Part shown: in pieces, positions 44,097 through 56,493 of the stretch
Layout of the letters: the number at the start of each line of letters is the position of its first letter
Numbering within the stretch: position 1 is the stretch's first letter
Assembly (NCBI GenBank): GCA_951406725.2
Contig: OX597821.1
Coordinates: 106,516,001-106,580,000, forward strand
Source of the DNA: Octopus vulgaris
Lineage: Eukaryota
Length of the DNA: 64,000 nucleotides
Direction: 5' to 3'
Program-made: the position numbers and the translations under genes
The notes under the pieces: model-generated
What the model saw: only the letters and a program-made list of their open reading frames with translations
Database searches by the model: none
What the model was told of the DNA's origin: nothing

Positions 44097-44369
44097 ACTC
44101 AGACACCAGGAAACCCAAAAATGGCAAAAATTCAAAAGATAGTGCTCATGGGAACTACTCATATCCTACGGAAAATACTGTCTATGTAATCGCAGGGTTT
44201 AAAACAAACATAATTTTCGGTTTTTTTTTTAGACATTCACTAGTACAACACAAAGAAAAATATATGGCACACTAGGCATAACAACATGAACTTCCAACCT
44301 GTTGTCTCATGAAGTCTCTTTGTGAGACTTGGAGCCAACTTGTACAAATATAAAGCAAAAGTCAAACAT
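44097..44369 (+). mobile_element. 5'-truncated second copy of the R4/Dong element
   Basis: Matches about 42514-42782 (PGNPKMA.IQKIVLMGT.HILRKILSM* plus 3' UTR); (TAA)n on both sides. Confidence 0.92.
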
Positions 44370-44371
44370 AG

Positions 44372-44404
<33 letters not shown>

Positions 44405-44533
44405 AACAATAAAAATAATAACAAATAATAATAGCGTCGTATGTATTTACTGCTACGAAAATTACAAATATTCGCATTGAAAAACTTCGTATTTCAGCTG
44501 TTACATTTTCTTTTCGTTTCACTTGTTTTATAG

Positions 44534-44599
44534 ATATTTGGCAGCCTGTTCACTTACGTGATTGTTGTTCTACAGACCAAAAAGCCCACAGATTCTTGA
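44534..44599 (+). CDS. GRL locus 2, terminal exon (IFGSLFTYVIVVLQTKKPTDS*)
   Basis: Acceptor cttgttttatag|; TYhhhhhQ TM7 motif; TGA at 44597-44599. Spliced to exon B gives 411 aa, to exon A 408 aa, typical GR lengths. Confidence 0.9.
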   Translation: MFGSLFTYVIVVLQTKKPTDS

Positions 44600-45234
44600 A
44601 GCTCTTGATAATTGGTTGAGGATTTAATATGCTGAATAATACTGTTCTAGAGGGACGGGGTAAATCGATGATGTCCACTCCAGTGCTCAACTGGTACTAC
44701 TTATTTTATCGACCTTGAAATTTGAAAGTTGAATTATTTTTATGAAAGTAAGGACGGACGAGATGGCCCTAAGCATTTTGTTCGACGTGCTAATGATTTT
44801 TCCAAACTCACCACTTTAGAAAGTAGAATGATATTAAAATATAATCTAATCGTAAATTGATTTGTTATTCACTCGCCTTTTCTTGTTCAATTCATTTTTC
44901 GTCACCCTAACCCTAACCCTAAATTTATAAACCAATGCACAGCACAGCAATTTACTGGGAAATATTTTTCGTATTATTTCTTCACCATTACACGTGTTTC
45001 ATTTGCTAATAGGAGTTAAAAGATTTACATTTACATGACGGTTAAATTTATAGATAGTTGATAATACAGGAGAGGGAGAGAAAGTTGAAAATTTGTGTCA
45101 TAAATGTACACTAATACTCATTAATATTTGTCTGTCTCTCTATGTATGTGTGCATGTATGTATATATTTATCTATCCATCTAACTCTCCCCTTGTCTGTC
45201 TGTCTGTTGACCTGTTCGAGTGCCTGTCCTCACC

Positions 45235-46200
45235 GCCCTTCACCGTCAGACACGGCTACATTGGGCTACACAGCATCGACATTGGTGGCATCAACAATGG
45301 AGTTCGACAGTCTCCTCTGACGAGAGCTGATACTCTGTTACTCCCTCGGATGGCAGAGTGAATGTGTGACGTAGGAGAGGTGAACGCTACAAACGCATGT
45401 GTCATGAACACAGACACGTGGTGTGACCAAAGTATCATGGTTTGAGGTTTTGTTTGTTTCCTTCTCGAGCCATCGCTGGTTCAAAAGGGCTGGTTTCCCG
45501 GTTTCCTTGGCGTATAGGTTCCCTACCTGGACGGGACGCCGTTCCCTCGCAGGTGAGCTGCAAGATGCAAGAGGAAAGAGTGAGAGAAAGTTGTGACGAA
45601 AGAGTCAGCAGAAGTTCGCCATTACCTTCTGGCGGAGCCGCGTGAAGCTTTGGTGTTTAGCTCATAAACACACACATCGCCCCGATCTGAGATTTGAACC
45701 CGCGATCCCTCGACTGCGAGTCCGCTTCTCTAACCACTAGGCCATGTGCCTCCACAATGATTTGAGATGATACACGCCTGAATCAGAGAACTAGGTCCAT
45801 ATGTACCAAAATGTTAGTGTAGGCAGAGTGAATGACATCATAGCACAACGTTACGTTGACTAGATCCTAAGACCTCATGCTGTGTCCTTCTTCGCGCCTC
45901 ACCATAGCCACATGTCTCGGCATGACATTTCTCCCTCCATCACGGCCAGAGTCACCACCACTTCTTGCATCAGCACGACATCGGAACCATGACATGACCG
46001 GTTCTCAGCCTGGATTTGAACCCAATTGAACACATAAGGGATGAAATCCAGAGACGGTTGAACCAGGTGCTTTCAAGGAGGTAATGGAGGCAGCTTTCCT
46101 CAGGGTGTGGTGCCAACAAGGTTCAATGGCTTTTGTACCGACGATGTATGGCCGTTTTGAACACCAGGGGAGGGCATAGACGCTATTGAACATGTCACGC
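45235..46200 (+). mobile_element. Tc1-like transposase remnant, split by a SINE
   Basis: RLHWATQHRHW..QW...SDES (about 45250-45325) and LDLNPIEH (about 46010-46035) motifs across frameshifts and stops. Confidence 0.7.
45447..45756 (-). mobile_element. SINE family B
   Basis: Homologous to 11283-11586; tRNA-like head at the right end. Confidence 0.82.
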
Positions 46201-46541
46201 CCTAAATTCTCGATGTGCTTGATCCGCCCACTACCAGAACACATGACAACCACACATAGACTGTGGTCAAAGTACCTCCAAGAAATAGACTACATCAGAT
46301 TTATCAAAATTTATCTGACAACGAAATTAAAAGATATTTCCCAGTCACACACGTCTCGCATTTGTTTTGTGGTTCAATGTACATATATGAATGTCTGTGT
46401 GTATGAATGTGTGTATACTTTACGTACATATGAGCATGTGTATATATTTTAATATGCGCTTTAATATCATGTTTGCATATGCATGTATGTATGTATGTAT
46501 GTATGTATGTATGTATGTATGTATGTATGTATGTATGTATG

Positions 46542-46595
<54 letters not shown>

Positions 46596-46696
46596 TACAT
46601 ACACACACACATATATGTATATATACATGACCGCGTGTGTACCGTTGGCAACTTTTTTCCTCCGTCTTCCCCTCCTTGGATCTTTCCTTTTCCTAT

Positions 46697-46731
46697 GTTT
46701 CTGACGAAGAGCTCCGCTCGAAACGTTAAAC
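46697..46731 (+). ncRNA. Minimal type I hammerhead ribozyme-like motif (Penelope-associated)
   Basis: GTTT-CTGACGA-A-GAGC-tcc-GCTC-GAAAC-GTT-AAAC: core boxes, 4-bp stem II, stem I GTTT/AAAC, palindromic stem III (AACGTT); one extra A in the core. Confidence 0.5.
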
Positions 46732-47816
46732 CCTCCTTCTTTCTTTCTTTTCCTGAGCGTCCAATAATACTATATTTTTTCCACGTCCTCGCGTTGTGTT
46801 TTCTCTTCGTGTTTTCATGTTTGGATTAACTATATATATATATATAAGCACACAGTTGTGGTAGTTTCATTCCCTTAAGATGATATTATTGTCAACCATT
46901 TTCCTAAATAGTTATATAATACAGAATCTCATTACGATCTTAGTATTTGGGATAATTTAATTAGATATTATAATATGGTATAACATTAAACTTAGAGCTA
47001 TCGTTATTAGTATTGCCATTGTCAATGTATCCAGCTTTGCTGTTGCCACGGCCGCTACTGCTGCAGCTACTGATGCCATTCCTGCAACTGCTGTTCTCAC
47101 CATCATCAATTAAATGGTGACCAGAGAAAATCAGAAATGAATAAGATAAAACGATTTCTAGGATTTGGCCCTTCATAATCCGTTTTTATCAACTTTGCTT
47201 TTCATCGATTAGGTATCAGTACAATAAAGCACCAATTACCTACTGGAGTCCTGCTAGTTAACTTATCGATGTTCTCTTTACTTCTACAATTGTACATGTA
47301 ATTAAAATTTCATAATAATTTTAAAAAAATTTCACTTAATGATAATTCAATTGTTGACGGTTCATGTAAGGGAGAACATACCATTTATAATTGTAGAAAC
47401 AAAGAAAATTGTTTCTTTGATAATTTTTTTAAAAATCTAGGATAGTTTATGAAGCTAAAATTATTTCTTGGGGTCATGAATCCTTTTATATTGGTTCTTC
47501 TGCTAATTATATTAAAAATGTGTCCTCGAATAACAACGATTCCGTTAGGAACAGAAATAGGGCTTCTTTACTCGTCTTAGTAATTTCATCTGGAATCTTA
47601 AAAATAATAATAAGACGTTCTATATTAAAATGAGCATTTTAGGGACAGCCCTGGGTTATCGGATTGGTAACAGGTTCTCCTTTCTTTGTTCTGTGAAATT
47701 ATTTTTGATTTTATTTTCTAGAAGAACGCTGCTAATCTCTAAACCTGAAAGGGTTTTATTCTGTGTTCATAGGAATATTTTAAAATCTTATGGAAAAAAT
47801 ATATATGCGTGTGTTT

Positions 47817-47875
<59 letters not shown>

Positions 47876-48070
47876 CGCGTGCGTGTGTGAGTTTTTATGT
47901 ATCTATGCATTTCGTGCATGTATGTATTTGTGTGCATATGCGTGTTGATGGTTGAGTGCATCTGAATATACGTGTGTATTGCATGCATGAATGTAGAAGT
48001 ATATATGTGTGTGTATATTAACATATACTTGTATATATATATACGTATATATGCCTCTCTCTGTGTATGC

Positions 48071-48107
<37 letters not shown>

Positions 48108-48599
48108 GAGAGAGAGACGGAGAGAGGTGAATGCGTATCTGTGTACACTCATTACACCAATCTCTAACTCTCTTTCACTCCCCCTCTCTCTCTCCCTCTC
48201 TTTCTCCATTACTAGCTTCGTTCTATATTTTCCTCTCCATCTATCTAGAGGCCTCCTAACTACCGACTATAAATAAAGAGTTTACACAAATTAAAATTTT
48301 GTACAATCTGTCTCTCTGTATGGAGAATTTCATAAATGAAATATATCCCATGCTTCTGCAACACGTACAATTTCGTATCTGCTATTAGCAAATGCAACAC
48401 ATGTCATGTTAAATAAGTAATATCTAAAATGTTTTCCAATCTCCTGTTTTGATATGTAATTATCTGAAAAAATATTTTCGGCTATTTTGCAATCCTTATG
48501 CATAAATCGCACAAATATACCTGCATAAAAGTCTGGACCACTGGAATAAGGAGATTCAACCGAAGACGACACAACTTCGATTCTAACCCTATCTTCATC

Positions 48600-48730
<131 letters not shown>

Positions 48731-49180
48731 TAATAATATCAGGTTAATAAAGACTTTAGAAAATTTTTCTACCAGTGGCCTAGCGTATAGAAAAATTGGT
48801 CAATTGACTATATATGGTTCATATAATATACAGTGTATAAAATACAGAAAAATTAGTCAATAGACTACATATTATTCATATAAAATACAGTGTACATTTA
48901 AACACATTAAGAAGTTTTCATTATAGGAATCCCTTACGCTAGAAAGAACAGCTAAACTCCAAACCACTAGTTAGGGATAAATTCTCGAAGGGAAGGAAAA
49001 ATAAAAACATTTACAATCTACCATAGATTTACCATAGATGGTAAATGTTTATTAATTTTCATTCACTTCAAGAATTTATCCCTAATTAGTGGTTTGGACT
49101 TTAGCCGTTCCTTCGAGCGTAAGGGATTCCTATGTTGGAAACCTCTTAATGTGTTTAAATAAACACTGCATTTTATATGA

Positions 49181-49238
<58 letters not shown>

Positions 49239-49599
49239 AAGCTTACCAGGAACAGTCTTCGCTACATATGCGGCACCTGCCTGAAGGAGTGTTTGCCCAG
49301 GATAGGACTACATAGCCACAGCAGGAAATGTATTAGGACATGAAATGTAAAAGGCGCAACTCCATTGACTCCCGAGACAAAAAGGATGCCAAATATATAT
49401 AACAAATGCACTACGGAGGAAACAACTACCAACACAATATACCTGATGAACTAAGACGGAACACTAGGTACAACAACACACTCCAGAACAGAGCACCACA
49501 AACTCACTCTGACAATTATAACAACATGAGACAGATAAATAGTAGCTTTGAACATAACTACACCAACAATTTTTTAGACCTTACACACAGGAACAGGGA

Positions 49600-52500
49600 C
49601 ACACGATGGCAAAGGACAAACAAAAGAAACCTCAGGTAATTAAGATAATCAATCTCTCAAACAAAGAACTTACACCTAACGAAATAAGCATACTCTCCAA
49701 AGGACTTAAATTTACACCTACCCCACAACGTTCTAATTACTATGAAATGTAAGATGATATTTCGGAATTTTGCACAAAACTAAGACTCACCGAGGCATTT
49801 CAAGACAAACAAATAGAGGAGGACTCAATAGCTAGAAACAAGAGCAATTACACCCCCACCAAGGGAAAGAATAAAGCCTTAGACCGCTATTGTGACTACA
49901 TAGCTAATTTCCCGTTTCAATTCATCAAGAAACAAAAACACAGCCCTAACTTCAACAAAAGAGAATGGAACGACCTCATCAAACTAAGAGAAGACAAAAC
50001 AATAACAATTAAGGAGGCAGATAAGGGCAACGCGATAGTAATAATGAATACAAACGATTATAAAAATTTAGTGCTATCCCTATTAAGAGATGAAACGTAT
50101 TATGAAAGGGCCCAACAGTATAACCAGCAAAAAATAATGCATAACCTTAGGACATTAATCAACACATACCAAGAAGGACTCACGAACAAGGAGTATGAAT
50201 ACATCACTAACTTCAAATGCAAATCGAGTTTGTTCTATGGTATCCCTAAGGTACACAAAAGCCAAATAATTAGAGAAACGTGCAAAACATCCACCGACAC
50301 ACTCATCAAAATCCCTTCACCAAATGATCTTAAACTAAGACCGATAATAGCAGGGCCAGCATGTGAAACTCACCGCCTCAGCAATTTCTTAGACACACTT
50401 CTTAAACCTTTCCTAAAACACATCAAAAGCTACGTAAGAGACGATATAGATATGCTCAACCACCTCCCTAAAACAGTCAATGAGAAAACCCTTCTAGTAT
50501 CATTCGACGTAGTTAATCTTTATTCTAACATCCCTCACAACCTAGGAATAGAAGCGATCACCTTCTGGCTGAATAACTACTCCTTTGAACTCCCAACTCG
50601 CATAAACAAAGACCTTATAATAGAAGGACTTAGATTCATTTTAGAGAACAATTATTTTATTTTTGACAATGATTTCTACAGACAAAGATCGGGAACAGCG
50701 ATGGGCACGCGTACTGCACCATCTTTTGCCAACCTAGTGATGGGATACCTCGAGAAAATACTATACCGGATAACACTCGAGAAATATGGAAACACCTTCG
50801 CCACCTATATCCATAACAACTGGAAAAGATACCTCGATGACTGTTTCATCATCTGGGACAAAGGTATAGAGAAACTTGAGGAATTTAAAATACTATTAAA
50901 TGGAATAAATGACAATATACAATTCACGATGGACCACAACGAAAAAGAATTACCATTTTTAGACATCCTCATTAAGAAAACCGGCAACAAAATAGAGACA
51001 GATATCTACTATAAACCGACAGACTCTAAACAGTACCTACCCTTTGATTCATGCCACCCACGACACACTAGAATGAATGTCCCTTTTTGTTTAGCTAGAA
51101 GGATTTGCACCATAATATCAGACACAAACACCCGACACACACGTCTCCAGGAACTTAGAACACACTCACAAATAGAAACTATCCACAGCCCCTAATAGAC
51201 AGTGCAATCCAACGGGTACTTAAATTAAGTATAGAAGACCTGAGACAAACAAAACCAAAAAAGAATGAACAATTAAAAACCCTTCCCTACATCTCTACAC
51301 ACAACCCACTCAACAATGAGGCCTTCAACACCATACTACAAAGCACAGCCCTACTAAAGGGAGACCCAAAGATGAACCGGATCCTCGAAACACACACCAT
51401 CATTAAAAGTAAACGGCAACCAAAATCCTTGAAAAGTATTTTAACCCAAGCTACACTGCACTCAACATCAACCACAAAACCAGCAGTTAGAAAATGTGGA
51501 AGGCCCAACTGCGGAATCTGTGTCATCTTGAAAGAAGGATCAGAATTTATACTGGAACAAGGCCACCAGTTCACCATTAGAACAAACTTCACCTGCGCAT
51601 CAGAAAACTTAATTTACGTCATAACATGCGCCTGCTGCAATAGGCAGTATATAGGCCATACAAAAAATAGCTTACGTAACAGGATGGCGGTGCATAAATC
51701 ACAAATTAAAAACCCTGATTACCGCAAAATACCGGTCAGCGGACACATAGATAGATGTGCTGGAAATGTAAATCCGAAATTTACAACTAACCCGCTCTAT
51801 AAATTCAGTGACAACGCAACCTGCACACAACGCCAAAATAAAGAACTGTAGTTCATAAAAAAATTTAGACCAAGTTTAAACACCCTGGGCCAGGAATATT
51901 AAAACAAAAGATAAGTCCTCCGAAAAGGAGAAGCAAAATTCCACCACGGCCGCTACCTTAAACAGTCACTCGCACTGACGGAAATATGCCTTAGTAAAAA
52001 GGAAAAAAATTTTTTCGTGCAAATCTGACCCTGATGGACTGACCACATACGATACAGCTAAGGGTCAGACCCGATTCTGATTGGTCAACACGTTGATGAC
52101 GTCTAGTTCTGCTAGAATGGACAGGATACAAACAGGGGGCAGAGATTAGTCAGAATATTGATGACGTCCTTTTCTGCTTGACTAGTCACCTAACAAGAAA
52201 CAGACAGGGGGCAGACCTAATGCAGCTATAAGTCGTGATTGGGCAGAATCTTGATGACGTCCCGTTCTGCTTGACTAAGCCACCTAACGAAACGACTGGT
52301 CAAAACAGGAAACAAACAAGAGGCAGTTATAATACAGCGATAGGTCACGATTGGTCAGAATGTTGATGACATCCCGTTCTGCTTGACTAAGCCACCTAAC
52401 GAAAAGGGGCAGATCTAATACAGCTATAAGTCGTGATTGGTCAGAATCTTTATGACGTCCCGTTCTGCTTGACTAAGCCACCTAACGAAACGACTGGTCA

Positions 52501-53088
52501 AAGCAGGATACAGACAAGAGGCAGTTATAATACAGCGATAGGTCACGATTGGTCAGAATCTTGATGACGTCCCGTTCTGCTTGACTAAAGCCACCTAACG
52601 AAACGATTGGTCAAAACGTTGATGACGTCACGCTACGCTGGACTGACCACCTAACAGGCATTATAAAACCCGAACAATTCACAAGACTCACCAGAATCAC
52701 CCAGCGAACACCCACCATGGGTCATCACAATTGCTCAAGGTAAAAATGAATTCCTCGCTCTTTCGGGAACATCAATCTTCTGTATTGACTGCTTTCCACC
52801 ACTTTGATCTGTTTTTTATATTGAATACGTATCGCCACCGTGGGCCACTGCATCGAACACTTTAAACATATAGCATGAATGAACTTACTTCAAACTATAT
52901 ATGAACTTTAAGATGTCTGACTCCGTTGTGTATTGTAAATGAATTTCTTGTGTTTGACGGCATGAGCTGTCTTTTTTTATATATAACTTTTTTTGATAAG
53001 GTTCAATTCAGGAACTGAAACATGTTATAATGTATATATAAAAATTAAAAATTGTATAATATAGCAGCATTTTCGAACTTCATTTTTT

Positions 53089-53090
<2 letters not shown>
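49600..53090 (+). mobile_element. Penelope-like retroelement, near full length (RT, GIY-YIG, repeat-rich 3' terminal region)
   Basis: ORF 50044-51195: LRPII, SFDVVNLYSNI, GTAMG, RYLDD, LPFLD; ORF 51372-51851: NLIYVITC...YIGHT; frameshift and stops present. Confidence 0.92.
52060..52660 (+). repeat. Imperfect tandem array (units about 70-110 bp) containing gattggtcagaat...tgatgacgtc
   Basis: About seven recurrences of the ATTGG...TGATGACGTC core. Confidence 0.85.
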
Positions 53091-53146
<56 letters not shown>

Positions 53147-53748
53147 TAATAATGTATTAATATATGTGGTCATAAAACTTATATGCTGTTTAAAGACCGT
53201 TCAGAGTACTCGGCTACTTCATGTCAAGAATTGTATGGAAGTATATACCGCTGGAAAATTAATAAAACTAATGTGTTACGAAGTTTCTTTCCCAGCCACA
53301 TGGTCTAGGGTTTAGTCCTACTGCGTGGCACCTTGTGCATGTTTCTTCTGCTATAGCCTCGAACCGACCAAATCCTTATGAGTGGATTTGTTAGACGGAA
53401 AATGAAAGCTGTCTGTTCGTATATGTATATGTGTGCGCGCGCGTGTGTGTATGCGAGCGTGTATGTATGCATATATGTATGCGTGTCCTTGTGTCTTTGT
53501 TTCTTCCCCCTCCCCCATTACCGCTTGTCAATCAGTGTAGGGGTGATTAGGTCTCCGTAAGTTAGTAGTTCGATAGAATAAGTACTAGGCTTTAAAAAAT
53601 AAGTCCCGGCGTCGATTTGTTGGTGTAAAGCCCTTCAAGCCAAGCTCTAGAATGGTTGCAGTCGAATGGCTGAAATAAGTAGAAGGATAAAATAATAAGA
53701 AATTAAGCCAGAAAATAAATAACAATTAGCGAAGGAACAACAAAAGGA

Positions 53749-53949
53749 ACTCTTTTACTCTTTTACTTGCTTCAGTTATTTGATTGTGGCAATGCTGGAG
53801 CACCGCCTTTAGTCGAGCAAATCGCCCGCAGGACTTATTGTTTGTAAACCTAGTACTTATTCTATCGGTCTCCTTTGCCGAACCGCTAAGTTACGGGGAC
53901 GTAAACACACCAGCTTCGGTTGTCAAGCGATGCTGGGGGACAATCACAG

Positions 53950-54026
<77 letters not shown>

Positions 54027-54421
54027 ACATATATATATATATGGAACAAAAGTCAAGATAGAATGCTAAAATAATTTTATAAAAAACATTTCAGTACCGG
54101 TTTCAGTCATTGAGACTTTTTCAACTATAATAATTAAATAATTAAATTTAGATAAATTAAAAGAAAAGTGTTTTTAAAAAAGAATATTTCTGCCTGAGCA
54201 GAAACAAGGAAAATGCCACTTGTATTTGTACACTATACAAATATTCTTCTTTAAAAAAAACGTCTTTTATTTTATCTAAATTTAATTATTTAATTGTTAC
54301 AGTTGAAAAAGTCTCAATGATATTAACCGGTACTGAAATGATTTTTATAAAATCATTTTAGCATTTTCTATCTTGACTTTTTTCCCCATATATACCAACA
54401 CGTATGTTCCTTTTCATCCTT

Positions 54422-54476
<55 letters not shown>

Positions 54477-54625
54477 TATGACGGACTTCTTTCAGTTTCT
54501 GTCAACGAAACCCACTCATATGGCTTTGGTCGACCCGAGACTATAGTAGAAGACACTTGCCCAAGGTGCCACACAGTGGGACTGAATCCGGAACCATGTG
54601 GTTCGTAAGCAAACTACTTACCGCA
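53749..54625 (-). mobile_element. SINE family A split by a palindromic insert
   Basis: 3' half at about 53749-53950, 5' half at about 54478-54625, inverted-repeat element at about 54040-54390 inside its microsatellite. Confidence 0.75.
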
Positions 54626-56493
54626 TACCCACGAACTTTGACAATAAAGAAGGAAAGTCGTGTATGCTCTAATAATTACAACGGCGTTATTAGTATAAGA
54701 AAATACAAGAATAATACTGCTGACAGTATATGCATTGAAAATTCTAATGTTCATAATATCCGTAACAACAGCGATGAACTTAACGAAAGATATTTAGGAT
54801 CCCAAAAGAAAAGTGATAGAGGAAATAATAGGGATGGAAAGAAGCATAAAGAATAGGGGCACTGTAAATAGATGACTAAAAGAGAAATTGTACCTTTACT
54901 GACGAAAGAGTAACTACTCTACAAATCCAGTGCAGGCATCGTATCATAAGAAACAAATATACAGTGCGTGCCAAGGGAGGTGTGTAAGAGTATTTTGGGG
55001 CAGCTGCGGAGTTTCCTTCAGAATTCGATATCGTAACGATGTAGCTTCTTCCAGTTGAATTGATGTGTAACAGTTAACCTCATAAGCATGCTTCCTATGG
55101 AGACAAGAGGAAGATGGAATTTTTAAAAATAGTGTTATTTGATCCATAATTAAAAGTGCACCTCCGTATTATGTATTGCTAGAAGTTTTCCATTTAAGTT
55201 AAGAGTAAACTGTCTGCATTTTATTGTGTGATAAAATCTTAGTCAAGAGATGCTCCTAGATAGAAGATGTAACCACAGACTCGAGTACACATGTTCATGA
55301 TATGATAGGGATAAATAACTATTCTAGCTATCAATAGTTCGCAAACTTATTCGTTCTTTCTCTCGACCTACATTGATACATCACCTGACTATATAATATA
55401 CATTTCAAGGACGTGCCGCTTGGTTAGGTAATGTAGGTAGTGTCTACTCTGAATAAAATAGATCGATAGTAACAGTTTCCTTTTATGGTGAAATATGCAC
55501 ATAATTGAATAAAACTATGAAGGCTACTTTGATTAGACCCTAACTTTCAATCGCAGTATTAAAGCTACGCATAAATACCGCTACAGTACACGTGCTACGT
55601 ATATTCTTACAACAACGGGAGACACTTCGTAATTAGGTTCCAAATTATGGTGTATCGAGTGACAACACAGCTTTCATTCTTTGATGTAGCGTAGTTATTC
55701 AGCACAAGATAAGTCATGACTGAATATACTTAACTAAATGGCGTTCTATTCTAGCCCACCACAAAAATTTATTCACGTAACAAGTTTTTAATTTACAATA
55801 CAACCGTTATGTTGGGTGGCATGCTATGATTTGAGGGTTATTACTTTGCCTAGATATCTGTTTTTAACACCGAGATGAGGATTTATATTTTGGCAGCATC
55901 TTAATGGCTATGCAACGACGGAAACGAATAGCTCTTTCAAAATCCTTAAACATTCACACATACTTAATCATGTACACACACAAACACAGTGGTTGCTGAA
56001 TATCAAGTTATAGTTTATTATCGTTTAGTATTCGGTGAGACGAAATTCGATTAGAAGTTCTGTTGCTTATAGTTGTATATACATACAGTATAAATGTGTC
56101 TGTGATAAAGTATGTCCGGACGGTTTTGTTGATTGATTAATCCAGTATGATTATTATAATAAAAATATCTATCTAGAATTATATTTTACATTATGTCAAG
56201 TAGTATTTAAGCCAATAGGAAAGTGATAACAAATCCATTAATGATAGGCGTGTTATTACTAGTACACTCCCAGATATTAACGATTAGACGTTAACGGTTT
56301 CTGCGAAAGAGTAGTGGGTAAATATTTATTAGAAGCAGTTGCACAATCACAAAACGGACACATAAGGTTTATACAAAGCACTTGCAAACAGTCGTACATA
56401 TGCAGGAGAGTATGTGAATCTTTGTACAAGAATAAGCATTTATTTATCATTGTTGAAACACATTTACAAGGTTTATCACTCACTGTTTAATCT

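Noticed and set aside
52060-52660. CRISPR-like repeat array
   Set aside because: Eukaryotic context, the sequences between repeats are themselves repeated, and there are no cas genes; it is part of a Penelope terminal region.
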